Counted from the first letter of the stretch, positions 47,415 through 60,745 are shown. The stretch: DNA of 64,000 nt from Oikopleura dioica (GCA_907165135.1 OU015569.1:6014001-6078000), one strand, 5' to 3'. Numbers and translations are program-made. The notes: a model not told the origin generated them from the letters alone.

Positions 47415-50400
47415 TTGTTCGTGCCCTAAAATAGTAAGTTCAATATTTTCTGATCCAAAGAAAGCTCTTTAGGTGAAAAATTCGCAGAGAAAGATAAAAG
47501 TTTTTGAGCGCGTGAAGAAAGCGCCTGGAAATAAAAAAGGAAGCATCACAGTTGGGTCTCTGATTCAGTCTGTCCCTCTCAGCACGTTCTGTGTGTTCAA
47601 GAAAATGCATTTGGGCACACCGCCGGAGTAATTTACAATCGTTGTATATTCCAATTCTCCAAATATTTATCTACTGACTCTATCGAGAACTGATCGACCT
47701 GATTTTAAGGCATATTCAAATCACTAATTTGATATTTTTCCTTCTATTTCATAACCCATACGTATGAGTATGAACGAAGTATAGTTCTCTGGAATGATTC
47801 TTTCCCAGGATTTTTCTACTAAAGAATTAGACATTATCTATATATTTAATTATTGATTGTATAAATCTGGCAACTCACTGGAAATATTTACCTGAAAAAT
47901 ACGAGTAAAATAAAAAACACTCTCTGTTTGATGTTTTTTTCAGCTAGGACACAAGAATTTACCCGTGAAAATAACTCAAAGAGCAAATCAAACTTTGCAA
48001 TAGGCACACAAGTTAATGCGCCCGGAATGCAAATTTACGCTTATGGAGCTGGAGGACCACGTAAATTGTAGACCTGGTCAGACTTGATCATCGAAAAATC
48101 CTGCCTAAGCCCTTTTGCAATAGATAGACTTTGCTATTCTAGGGTACACTCCGAAGTGCTAGACAAGAGATTTAGATCGGATAAAAAGCGAACCCCGCTT
48201 TATGTTATTGGCATTTATGGTAACAATGTCATGATGTATCTATTCTGAGGCGCGAAAAGGTCACCGGGATCGTTACGCCGGGCACATCACCGGAAACCAT
48301 TCTCGATAGAAGCGGCTTTATCGCCCCGTCTATGCTTGCACAGGGCAGATACTTACTAATTAAGCAGCTTTACCATGCGAGCTTTCTTCCTTGATTTCCT
48401 GCTCTCTTTCTTAGGAAAACGATTTGTTCGAAAATTTACCCGCCTTTTAAAAAATATACGCTCTGTAATTAGATAAATCATTGCTTTATTCAGCCGTAAA
48501 ACGCGCTTGAATTCTGTCTACGCACACACCTGTGGACGCCAAAAAGGCACCTCCGGAAGCGAGCCCTGGATTACAGTAATAATCGCACATGCGAATATCA
48601 TAGCTTAAGGCAAGTTCTCAATCTGTCGTCATTTGAACTGGCAGCTGTCAGTTCTCTGTTTAAAGAGCTGCTGAAAGCCTCTTGATCGGCAAATAACGTT
48701 AGATGCTCTCAAATACTGTTATAAATTCAGCAGATCAAGATTAGACTTGCGTAAGAAACGATTTTTCTAAGCATCGAAAAACGGTGATATTTTTTATCAG
48801 TTATTTTATAAACTCGTTCTCAGTTTCTTTTGATAGCTAAGTACTTTTAAGTTTCGAGAATTCTTCAAAGATCGCAGCGATTATAATCCAACATGTCGGA
48901 ATTGACGCAGTAAATCTTCGCCGTTTAAATAAAGGACCTCTTTGATCGGGCGTTTTGTTTATGAGCGGCGTGGTAGTAATGAATATAATTCTGATCAGGT
49001 GTGTCAGCACTCGACACCAGAAATTTACCGACACAAAGTGTCAAGTCCTTGAAGACTTAGGAGAAGCGCCCTTCAATCTTTACGGCTGAAAAAAAAATCA
49101 TTTTTTCATCTGCGGTTTTCTTGATCATCAAATTCCTTGCTGCTACTTTCATTGATAAAAAGACGGTGCCAGTGTGTCTAGCGTGTATACTGTAAAATGT
49201 GATTCTAGGGCGGCTACACGATAGTATACTGTTTGATTAATGTTCGTATAAAGCGGCGGTAAGTGCAATTGATATTCAAACAACTCCCTGTCTTTGATGT
49301 TTTAGAGGCGTTGCTTACTGTAACTTTTGTTCTCTCTGACTTACATCTAACCGTGACGGTTGCTATTTATTTCCGAAAATGTGGGGTGAAATCGTAGTAG
49401 TGTGAGCTCCTTCATAATTCTTCGGATCGCGTGAGTTATGAGGAGTTACGAGCACGCTAACGTCCATTTATAGTAGAAATGGCCGGATAAGCTCTCACTT
49501 CTCACGTATTATTCGAAAAAGTGCTCTTTGAAACTACTTTTGTTTAAGAATAATTTTGTAGAATAAGAATGAAAAATTAGTATTTTTAGTAAAAGAGTAT
49601 TTTACTGAAAATGACCTTGAATTTATCAAAAATATATTTACTAAAATATTATGCTATTACGAAATGATTTTTATACAATACGATCATAAACCCATTTTAG
49701 ATATTATAATGCGATTTATAGATATCAATGGCGCCTAAGACTCTTTAATTGGTACTCACAGTTATCGCCCTTTATTTTTGCTCGGATATTCTCTATGAGT
49801 GGCATATTGAAATGAGACCCGCTTTCGTTGAGCGCTCTTGAAAAGAGTAGCTACTCAGAGTGAAACATATTTTTATCAAATCGGTATCTATGGTTAAAAG
49901 AGCAAAAGGTCACTCTTAACGACACCTGCCATTCTGATTTAGTATGGAGGTACCAACCCCTACTTTTTCTGAAAGAATTCGATTTTTTACCTTCTCCGTC
50001 GAGAATAAGCATTTTCACTTCGTGCAGGCCGAATTCGTTCTCAGCGACGATAGCTTGAACAGGGTTTATCACTACAGAAGTCGCATTAATAAATAAAGAT
50101 TAAGCTTGAACTCATGGTTTAATCGACCACCAGCGAGCAATTTATGATATCAACCCTGATACCGAAAACGCCGAGATCAGACTCCTCAAGCTGGAAAATT
50201 GTCAATACGAATAAGTTTGTCTCTGCAACTGTGGATAAGCGCCCCTTCCGCACTGGAAGCCCGTCCTTAAATTAATTGTTCACAGATTATGTTTTGAGAT
50301 CATACCTTGAGCCAAAGGACGACTTTGGGAGATCCTGTTATCTTTGCCTCTAGTATCGATTCACTGCTGGTTCGAAAAAAAGTTATTTGTAAATCGGACC

Positions 50401-51405
50401 CCTCACTAATCTCAATCTACCGCCGATTTTGACTGGCGTGGCGGAAGTAAGCGCAATCGTCGGAAAATTACAAACTGGGACATCACAAGGAACAGTTAAT
50501 TCATCAATCTCTGATGTCTCCGACAACTGTCCCCGCCTCGATCTCGAGCAAAGTTCGAGTTTTACGTCAATAATCACAAACTGCTGAAAACTTTTAATTA
50601 ACCGTCTGTTATTCAGAAAACTAGCTCCTGATTTCTAATAATAAAAGCTTGTCGACAATGCCATGACTGGCGAGTTTGTGAATTATTGTCGGAAACTAAT
50701 AGAACTTTTCCTTCCGTTGATATTTTCGCGACTGCGAGTAACCTTCCGTTCCTCATTATCCGACGACTCGTCTGTCTTCTTGAGTTGATCTTTGGCAGTG
50801 TGACTTACTCTACTCCTCAAAATTCGCATTTAATACGACTGAAGCAAGTTCTTACTTTAAAAAAAGCCTCCTTGACTGCTCGCTAGAGCTGATAAACGCT
50901 CCACACGTGCAACTACCGACAAAACATTGTCCGACATCGCCTACATTTTTGTTGCCTCATAAATTTCCATCTTCCTTAGTTTCACAGAAAACTTATATAT
51001 TCCGAAATTGAATCTTAAAATTCTCCATAAAGAAGCGTCTACGCATCCGTGCATGATGAGCGATCTCCCGATAACGACGATGCGTCTGATAAGCTGACGT
51101 CAGAGAAGGTATTTTGGGCTGATCGGAATGAGTGGAGGTGGTGCTGGCCGGAGGGCGCGTTGGTGGTGCAGCGGCGGCGGCGATTCACCGCTGCTTTTTA
51201 CTCTCCCCGGTGAGTCCTTTTTACGAAGAGCCGCGCGAACCCGTGGTGCTGACTCCTAGTCTGATTCAGTCAATTTTTTCTCGAATGTGAATTATATTAG
51301 AGTTTTGACCTTCCAAAGATGGCGATGTCCGCAGCATATGCCGTTTGTACGGCAGTTATATGTCTTGAGGTAACTACCGGTGAAAGCAGGCCTTTACCCT
51401 GGATA

Positions 51406-51480
51406 AAAAGATTGTCGCCACCCCCTGGCGACAATCTTTTGCCACTAGCCAATCACAAGTTTCGAGACTTGTAGTGGTGG
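51406..51480. promoter_or_regulatory. Perfect 15-bp-stem inverted repeat with CTCF-like core, followed by a CCAAT box and a second hairpin
   Basis: AAAAGATTGTCGCCA-CCCCC-TGGCGACAATCTTTT (51406-51440), then AGCCAATCA (about 51447-51455) and acaagt/acttgt. It lies about 100 nt upstream of the acceptor (51543) and ATG (51550) of the plectin-repeat gene. Confidence 0.5.
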
Positions 51481-51549
51481 CGTAACCCCGGATTTGAGTC
51501 TGCTTTCATCGGTATAACATTCATTTTTTCACTGTTTACTTAGGACTGA

Positions 51550-54500
51550 ATGTCAATTTCTAAACTAAAAATGCAGATAATAAAATTTGGCATTAAGGTC
51601 ACCGTCATCCTCGGCCTTGTATTATTTCTCCTCCGACCCCAAAAAGACACCGCTCAGCTTCAACCAGATGCCGGAAACGTAAAGACCGAGTTCACTCCAG
51701 CTGAAGAAGAAGCGCCCGCCAGAGAAGTAGAATACAGAATTGAGTACAATGACTCGGAGCAAGATGACGAGCTCAACGAACAGGAAGACATCATTAGTAG
51801 AGGTATTCCGTCTGAGCCCGAGTCTGATACTCCTGCATTTACGACAATCGCCGCCACCATCGCGTTGCCGACCAAACCTCAGCGAAAGTCTTCAACTTCA
51901 TCTTCCTCATCCGCGTCCTCAATGCCTCCCGCAAAGGTCGACTCGCCAAAGCTCATGCGTTCAGACTCGTCCTCTTCGGCCTCATCTAATGCTGACCTCA
52001 TACCCAAACTTATTCCTGAAATGCCCGGAATTGATGAGAGTGACATTATATCTGGCGCAGACGATGTCGAGATTAACAACGGATGGCGACGAAAGGTCAA
52101 GTTGAGCTCACTTCAGAGGAGTGGTATCATCAAACGTGATCAGATTAACGACTTCCTCATTGGTGATATTTCGAAAGACAAGCTTGAAAACCAATATTCG
52201 CGCTGGCTCAAAGGAGAAGAACCTATTGCTGGTATTTTGTTTCCTGACACCGGTTTGAAGAAGTCGATATTTACGGCCCAGAAAGAAGAGTATATTTCGC
52301 GGAGCACAGCAATATCGCTTCTTGAAGCTCAAGCTGCCACTGGAAACATCATTGACCCCATCTCCGCGCGGAAGATGAGTGTTACAGAAGCAGCTCAAGA
52401 TGGCCAATTCGATAAGATATATGAGCAATGTCTACTGCGAGCAGAACGTGCTGTCACTGGCTACAAGCAAGGCGGCTACAACACACGCTTGTCAGATGAG
52501 AAGCTCTCAATATTTGAAGCGATGACGAAAGGACTTGTCGTCGAAGAACATGCTATACGACTGCTCGAAGCACAAATCGCTACTGGTGGTGTCATCGATG
52601 TTCGCAATAATCACAGAGTTCCGATTCAATATGCTCTTAAAATGGGCCTTATCGATGAGAGGATTTACAGGATTATAGCCGACAAACCAACAACAACAAA
52701 CTTCGAGGACCCTAACAGTACAAGAACGCCGCCAGAGAAAGTCAGTTACAGTCAACTTTTGGCCAACTCAATCATCGACGATGATACTGGTTTGCGACTT
52801 TTCCTGTTCCAAAAGCCTGGCTTTGAAAAGACGCAGTCACATACTTCCAGTCCGCAATCAATGCGATCAGCGAAATCGTCATCATCTTCTATTGCCAGCA
52901 TTGGATCCGTGTCATCGAAGAACAAGGATCTAGGTCAGCAAGAAGAGGATGAAATTAAACCATTCCCAGTAGATGAAGATATTCCAACAGTTGAAAAGAT
53001 TGATTCTGTCTCGACAGAGCAAGAAGTTACCGCCCTTGACGAAGGGGCTGTGCCAGTTGAAGACACAAAGTCAATCACTTCTAGGTCATCAGCAAAGTCA
53101 CTTTCTATAAAAGAGTCGGATATTCTTCAAGACGCCTCCACAACGGAAGTTGAGGATCTTGAGCAAGAGCAGTCAGAACACTCCGTCTCAGAACCTGAAC
53201 CGAAACCAGAGCGTGTGTCAGAGAAAATTGACAAGTTCAAACAGAAAATAGAGGAAGTGCAAAAGCGTGAGCGCGAAGAGGAGGAACGAGAAAGACGAGA
53301 GAAAGAAAAACAAGAGAAAGAGTCTGAGACAAAGAAGGCGAAAGTCAAAAAGATGCGTCCTGTGGATACTGAGACAGACACAGCTGCTTCAGACCTCCTA
53401 CTCAGTTCTGACGATACAGATGTTGATGGGAACCGTCTTGAACTATCGAGCATGACAACTTCTGACGCTCAGACGGACCAAGAAGTTCAAATTCAAGAGC
53501 TAGAGGAGCTTCAGAAGATGGAAACACTACTGAAAAAGCCAACTCAGATCGACGAATCAAGCTCGGATGAAGCGGAACTACAAACTGTACGTGAGCAGGT
53601 TCGCAGAAAATCTAAGCGGGAGAAAAAGAAGAAGAAGGACAAAGGCGAATCAGCCCCTGGAACACCAAAGAGTAAGTCAAAGAAAATGACTGCTACAACT
53701 ATCGACGTTGTGATTTCGGACGATGAGCCGCCAACGGAGCCTGTGGGACCAGCAAAACAACGAGATGATTTGACATTTACCACTGGATGGAGAAAACAGT
53801 GTGCAATCGTCGATCTAGTTGACGCAGGACTTATGGCAGAAAGCAAGGTAAAGAAAATTGAATCAGGCCATTTGCTGATGGCAGACGCTGAAAATGAACT
53901 ACAGCAGTGGCTACATGGAAGTAGCCCCATTGCGGGACTGCTTATCATTTCTACTGGTGAGAAAATGTCGCTTTACTCAGCTGCAAAGCGAGGCTTCTTA
54001 CGACGCGGAACAGCCATCTCTTTACTGGAAGCGCAAGCTGCCACTGGAAATGTGATTGACCCGATCACGGGCGAGTACATGGCTGTGGAAGAAGCGACAA
54101 GAAAAGGTCTTATCGACAGACAATACGAAGCGATCCTTTCAAGAGCGGAGAAAGCTGTTCATGGATACAAATCGAAATTTAGCGAAACACTGTTATCAGT
54201 TTACCAAGCTCTGCAAAAAGGAATGCTCATCGAAAATCATGCGATTCGACTTCTTGAAGCGCAAATTGTTACTGGAGGTATCATTGATCCTCATCGACAT
54301 CATCGGTGTCCGATTGATCTCGCAATCAAGCGGGGTCTTTTTGACGAGAAGCTAAAAGTAGTCCTTGAAGGCATCGGTGACGATACCAAGGGATTCTTTG
54401 ATCCAAACACAGAGCAGAATCTCAATTATTCTGAACTTGTGGAACAGTGTGTAACTGACGCGGAAACAGGGCTGCTGCTCCTTCCATACAAAAAGAAACC

Positions 54501-56732
54501 TCCTGAAGAGAAACTTTCCGGTCCACTTGCTAAGGTCTTGTTCGAGTCTGAGCTGAGGAGAAAAGTCACGCTCCAAGATGTTGTTGATGCAGATTTGATT
54601 GAACCTGAGACTCTGAGGCGATTTAAGTCCGGTGAAATGTCAGCGCACGAAGTGAAACAGCTTGTCGACTCTTTAAAAATCCACGTCGAGGGTTCCATGC
54701 CCATTGCAGGTGTAATCAATGCAGAGAATGGTCAGAGATTGTCCATTTTCCAAGCGACTCAAGCCGGGCTTATCCGCAAAGGTACGGCTTACGAGTTGCT
54801 TGAAGCTCAAGCATCTTGTGGCAAGATTGTCGACGTTCAAACTGGCCGAGTCCTGTCCGTAGAAACCGCCTCAAAGACAGGTGTATTTGACGCTGAATAC
54901 GAAGACGTCGTGATGAGAGCGAGCCGAGCAGTGACAGGCTACAGAGAACCTTTCAAAAAGGAGATTCTCAGTCTGTGTGAAGCCATCTCAAGACACTTGG
55001 TTGTCGAAAGAAATGGTGTTCGACTTCTTGAAGCCCAAGTGGCTACTGGTGGAATTATCGACATGAAATCGCCCCTAAGATTGTCGATCGAAGCAGCCCT
55101 TAGAAAGGGATTGCTCGAATCTCGACTAGCTAAGCAACTACAGGTGCTTTTATGTAAGAAACCCCCACTAAAAGAGTATTTAGGCGCGTACATCAAAGTC
55201 ATACTTCGACCCAAATACTGGTGAGAATCTCAACTACGCACAGCTTATGGAAAGGTGTATTACGGATCCTGACACTGGAATGCTTTTCCTAGAGGTTGAG
55301 GTAAGGATTAACCTGCTATTCAGAGTAATATGTTATTTTTATCATCCAGCCTACTTCTGAATCTAAAGCGAAATCGGTAATTGAACGCGGAGTTTGAGTT
55401 TTTTACAAAAAACGTTTGATCACGCTTTTGGAGAGTTCTTTATCTTGTAAAATTTAAAATAGAAATTTAAATATAAACGGATAAACGGACAACGAGCTTT
55501 TTTTCAAGAAAAGCGCGAAAATTACTCACCAAAAGCCTTGCCAGAAAATGCATGTTCCTTGACTGTGACTCGTTTTCAGTTTTTATGAACTTTTTTTCGA
55601 AGAGCACGAGTTTGGTAGCTTAGCACTGTAGTTATGGTGTAACAAGCATGAGAGAATGATTTGCCGCAAGGGGGCGCTGATAAATTGCTCAGTATTCTGG
55701 TTGAAGCTTGGAAAAAGAAGCTTCACCAGTGTATGAGTCTAAATGCAAACAAGAGCAGATTCTAGCAGCGATTTAAATTTATTCAGGCCGGTGCTGTTAC
55801 ACCCAAAGTTGGCCCCTTCGAACCAGAAGATAGAAAGAAGAAGAAAATTCGAGCTCAATCAGGTAAGGCGATTTTCTTTTACTCTTAGTCACATAGTATT
55901 TTTGCAGCTGATCCTTCGAGTCCAAAGAAAAAGAAAAAGAAGAAAGAGCAGGATGAAAGCCGAAGTCAATCTGAGCCACGCCCTTCCAAAGGTTCATTTC
56001 CATCCGATAACTTAAATCAACCTTTCCTTATTCAGACAAGAAGAAGGACAAGAAATCGAAGAAAAAGAAGCGCGAAGGAAAAGACAAGGACGACGAAACA
56101 AAGTCGACCAAGTCATCCCGCTCAAAATCCCCCAAGTCGCCCAAGAAAAGCAAATCTGACTCTCTTCAATCTCCAAAAAGCACTACATCAATCGACATCG
56201 CGCCTAGCACTCCCAAGAAGAGCAAAGAAATTCCGACCAAAGAGGAAATGCTCGGAATCGAGCCCAAGAAAGACAAAAAGAAGAAAAAGGTAACCCTATT
56301 TTTTTTCAATTTTCACAAAGTTGAAAACATAGAAGAAGGAGCGCAAAGAAGAGAAAGAAGTTCATTACCGACGGGCTTCATCTTCGGAGACAGAAAAAGT
56401 CGAGATGAAGTCTGAGACAGAAACCAAACCTAAGAAGTCGAAGAAATCAAAGAAACCCTCTAAGAAGCCTTCGAAGCCGCCGAAAATCGTCTCCAGAAAG
56501 GTATCAAGCCCTGAAAAAAAAAACAAAAACTGAGCCGTTTTGTTTTAGGTCGTCATCGTCGATCTCGATGGAAACGAGCTCTCGCTGGAAGACGCGTTGA
56601 AGTACAACTACATCGATCAAGGTAAGATAAAATCACGTCAATGATGCGACTAGAATTTAAGCCCTGGCTAACGAGCTCCAAGCGCAAGAGTACGGCGACG
56701 ACAACGACGAAGAACCGAAACTGGAAGAATAA
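51550..56732 (+). CDS. Plectin-repeat-domain (plakin-family) protein without plakin domain or long rod; hydrophobic N-terminus
   Basis: There are three PRD modules with typical text (PIAGI...AISLLEAQAATGNIIDP...RAERAVTGYK...AIRLLEAQIATGGVID...FDPNT.ENLNY.QL.ERC..D..TG.LL). Lys/Ser-rich exons follow. The terminal exon pair RKVVIVDLDGNELSLEDALKYNYIDQALANELQAQE resembles the plectin/desmoplakin linker. GT-AG introns. Stop 56730-56732. Confidence 0.9.
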
Positions 56733-56988
56733 CTCTGACTCAAAAGACCCTTTCACCTCCACTAACAAAATTCATAACTTTCGCTCAACTGGGTGTCGAC
56801 TAGCAATTTCTAATTTTAACGAAAGTTCAAATGCGAAATAAACTACCAATGTTCAAAACTTGCGTAATGATCAAAAAATGTGCAAGTGTGTTCGAGTGAG
56901 TTTTATTGAAGGGGCAGGTGTGAGATGATTGTGTATGTGATATTTTGGAACTTTTAAAACATGAACTGTACAGGCTTGAAAAGATGCT

Positions 56989-58537
56989 CTAATGCATCGT
57001 GACGAGAAATGTCTCTCTGTGCCATTGGCCGACGCGGTTTTTGAGCTTCTTGAGGAAGACCTTTGACTTCGGATCGGTGGCGCAGATTCTCGTGTGTCCG
57101 ACTTCCTCGTAGTTTTGAAGTCTGCCTCCGTGCAGCTTGACCTCCATAATTTCCAGATAGATGCCAAGCATGTCGCGGTTCTAAATCACAAACTCAAGAG
57201 CCTGAAGTTCTGTGGTGGTTACCTTTTTGTATACTGTCGAATTCAGATGAAAAGAGAACTGGTGTCCAATGTCAGCACGCCTAAATCAAATTATAATTCC
57301 CTTCCGCTACTTTTTATCTTTACCTTTTCTCATTGAGCTGCACAGCTTCCGATTTGAATCTGATGCTCTCTTCGAGTGGCCAGAGCATCGCGCCAACTTG
57401 CACAAGTTTTGCACCCGCTGGTAAGTTGAACACGCTTTCCACGACGACTACACATGAAATAAGTTCAAGTGGAAGAATAACTCACTTACTTTCGAGAATA
57501 ATTGTCTGAGCCGCATCGGGATCGACACTGAGCCGCGCGCTTACTTCAATACCTCCACGGTAATAATTTTTGAAGGTATTTTTGATTTGCTGAACGAAGA
57601 AACAGCGGACAGTCTTGTTTCGGAAAGCATGACTACTAGCATCTAAAGAATTATCAGGGCCTATCTCAGAAACCAGCTTTACCTATTAATAGTTCTCCGC
57701 AAGTTTCGTTCGAGAAAAGGACTGCCGTCTCTTTCAGCTTTATCTGCACATAGTTCAAGCCCTCCCAAAGCTGCCGTTTTAACGTTACTGGACAAAACGA
57801 TAATTTCATCAGTCCGTTGCCGAGTGGCACCATTTCGCTAGGGTCTAAACGTTTTTTCTTGCCGGAAGGAATGTATTTCAGCTTCAAGTGCGGCTTTATC
57901 AAACTGCTAATGATGCAGTCCTCAATCACCAGAGAGAAGCTACCATTCTCGACCGGAAAAAAGCCGACCTTCAGCGAATTTCTCGGTTCTTCTTGGCTGA
58001 GGGCTCCCGTAGGACGCAGAGGGTCCTTGAACAGCTTCTGTGGTGGAAGCTTACGGCTATCCAGTCTCCGCGTAGGAATAAGCTCGTCATCGAGAGAGAC
58101 AGATCTCTGACGCTCGAGCTTCTTCCTCACTAGTTTCTCAACCTGAATCGTTCATTAATACACTGGTTTTCATGTGAAACTCACATTCGGAGTCGAGCGC
58201 AGTTCATTTACTCTACGTGGACTCGGCTTTTGTGGACTGATGAATGGCTGCTTGTTCTTGCCAAGATCTTCAGCGAACACGCTGTGAAAGCTCAAACTGT
58301 CAACGCGCGAGAAGAAGCGGACCTCCCGGCGGTCGGTTTCAGTCGATGGCTCAACAGGCGCTCGAATGCAGTTACTCAGTGTGAACCTGGTCGGCTAAGA
58401 GAGTGTTGTGTAAGCTCAGAGAACGTGCATAGTTTTACCTGACCAGGTATCCACTCCGCACGCTCGATCACAGTTTTTATGTGATCTTTTTCTCTCTTCT
58501 CTAATTTCGAAATATCGACAAAAACATTTCTCGGCAT
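56989..58537 (-). CDS. Divergent synaptotagmin-like protein (SHD1-like N-terminus plus tandem C2 domains)
   Basis: Exon 1 MPRNVFVDISKLEKREKDHIKTVIERAEW resembles the Slp-homology helix. C2A-like ORF 57666-58130. C2B-like end IYLEIMEVK...EEVGHTRI...VGQWH. Confidence 0.62.
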
Positions 58538-59032
58538 TATCGTGGCTCAACAAAACCGAAATAACATAAAATGAAATTTCGAACAGACAGAGAAAAGTTT
58601 TTCGAGTCCTGCGACTCCTGCTGGCGCCAAAGTGGAAAACAAGATGAAATTTCAAATTGTCGTTTGTGATTTTATCGACATCAACAAGGACCTTCGCTGA
58701 CCTCGTGCTGAAGAAACGAGAAATCTCGAAGATTGTGCGCTTAGATCGAGCAATTTTCCGTTGATATTCGAGGAATCCTCACAAAAATTTCCATTACTTC
58801 CCAGAAACTATCATTTCCTGCCAATAAATTATGGCAATAATCCAAATCTTTATGTGTTCAAAAGCGTTTTTTTTTTATAATGAATCGTAGAAAGAGGGCA
58901 ACTTATTACTTAGTATTTCGTCCAATTTTTCACAGTAAAAGGATTAGTCCTAGCCTGCAACCATGACAGACCACAGCGGTATTTGTACTCAGCAGTTTTG
59001 CTAAATCAGTTCAGTTTACAAAACTTGCAAAA

Positions 59033-59479
59033 ATGTTAAGATTATTATTTCTGCTTGCTTTTAAGTACGCTTTCTGCTTTTGGAAAGTTTCGAATCTAGA
59101 TGTAGAGGAGAGTCCGTTGGTAACCTTTTTCCCCAAGTCGGTTTGCTATTCTAGGTAAGTCGATTCTGCTTGGACTGAAGCAAGACTGAATTGTAGCAAA
59201 CCGGCCACTCGCGAAAGCTGCCCAAATCTGTTTCAATGCGTCCACCGAGGCCAGATAGTATCGCCAGAGAGGCCTCTAATCCTGCTCGACTCGTGCGAGG
59301 ATTACCGTTGCTCCTGCCCTGTTGGAAAAATCAAATCCAACGGCGTTAAGTGCAAGCACGGATACATGAACTGCCAGTGGAAGTACGAAGGCTGCCAACT
59401 GATGAAAACGACAATGAACAGTGCCAGCTGCCTCTACTTGCTAACAATACGAGAACAACTTCTCCCGTCGCTGGACTAG
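59033..59479 (+). CDS. Small secreted Cys-rich protein (VWC/SVWC-like)
   Basis: MLRLLFLLAFKYAFC signal-like start and a putative 48-nt intron. The mature part has about 11 Cys: CSKPATRESCPNLFQCVHRGQIV...DSCEDYRCSC...VKCKHGYMNC...GC. Confidence 0.62.
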
Positions 59480-60397
59480 CCACGCGCGAGTGTTTGCTGT
59501 CAATATATGCTCGAAAGTTTATTATATAGCGTGTATATAATTTGTGAAAAGATCAGTTATAAAGGTCGGTACAAGCAGTTGTAAAAGTTGTTTCGAATTG
59601 ATGGTTGTGATAAACTAGAAAGTGAAGAGAAGTTAATGTAGGACCAGGGCGAGCGAACATGCCGCCGGCAAAAGCAAAACCGCCGTCTAGAGCCGCCGCA
59701 GAGCGCATCCCCGCACAAATGCATCGAATAAGAAATGTAGTAAAATAAACCACCAAATCGAAAAACGAAAACAAAACTTATAGTCCCCGGCAAATCGACA
59801 AGCTCAGAATTAAATTGTAAAAAAGTGTGAAAATAAGTGAAATCTCAAAACAAGGGCAATAAATTATAGATAAATGCGTTAATAAGAGCTAAATTGGCAT
59901 CATAAAAACCAGAACGAGCCCTTCGGCGAGACCCTATCTGTGAAACGGAATAAAACTACGATTTATGGGGAAATAAAGGACTTCCACGTTTGGTAGTTCG
60001 ACAACAAAAAGTATCGGCAAGATGCTTCTTTGGAAGACAACTCAAAAACGCCGCTGTCGATAGTTATGTCAAATGCTGGTGGACTCGTTCTTTACGCTGT
60101 AATGCTGTACAACATAAATCGTTGCGCAAAACTAAAGTGAAGCGATCTTGTAACCATCAGAAATGACTCGAGGAGGGCCCGCTGCCCTGGGAGTCATTTA
60201 CAACCGTTAGAAGATCACCACGGCACAAATACCCTTCAGGCCCACTTCCTATTAAAATCTTTAATAGCAAGTGCAACTGAAAAGTAAAAGGAAAACTCGC
60301 GTAGGTTGATGCGTTCATTGATCGCGAAATCAGGTTAATAAAAGTAATAAGAATAAACGTTGTAGCTGACTCAAGGAAAAAATAAATCGACAATTAA

Positions 60398-60745
60398 GGG
60401 GGATGTGGTCGGAATCGAGCCTGTTCTTAACAAACATATCTCCATTTTTTAATTGCCATTATGTTTTAGTTTCTAGGATAGAAAAGGGTTAAATGAGGTG
60501 GGCAACATGGAGAAGATGCATTTTTATTTAGAAAAAAATGAGAAAAATCTACTCAAAGTTGAATTTCGAGGATTTTCATTCTACTGTCGGTCAAGATGAC
60601 GAAAAAAGGGACCGTTAGTGAAAGAATTCATCAATTTTGATTTTAGATATTCTTTTTTAACATATTTTTCCAAGTTGGCAGCAAAACATTTGTTTTATCG
60701 AAGTAAATCTCTGATATTTGGCTCTAAAAACCAACCACCTACCCC
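60398..60745. mobile_element. MITE, about 348 bp, flanked by TTAA
   Basis: TTAA|GGGGGATGTGGTCGG ... CCAACCACCTACCCC|TTAA: imperfect TIRs (3 mismatches in 15 bp), with TTAA at 60394-97 and 60746-49 and an AT-rich interior. Confidence 0.65.

Noticed and set aside
47705-47730. TTAA-GGG start resembling another MITE end
   Set aside because: I found no matching inverted terminus nearby.
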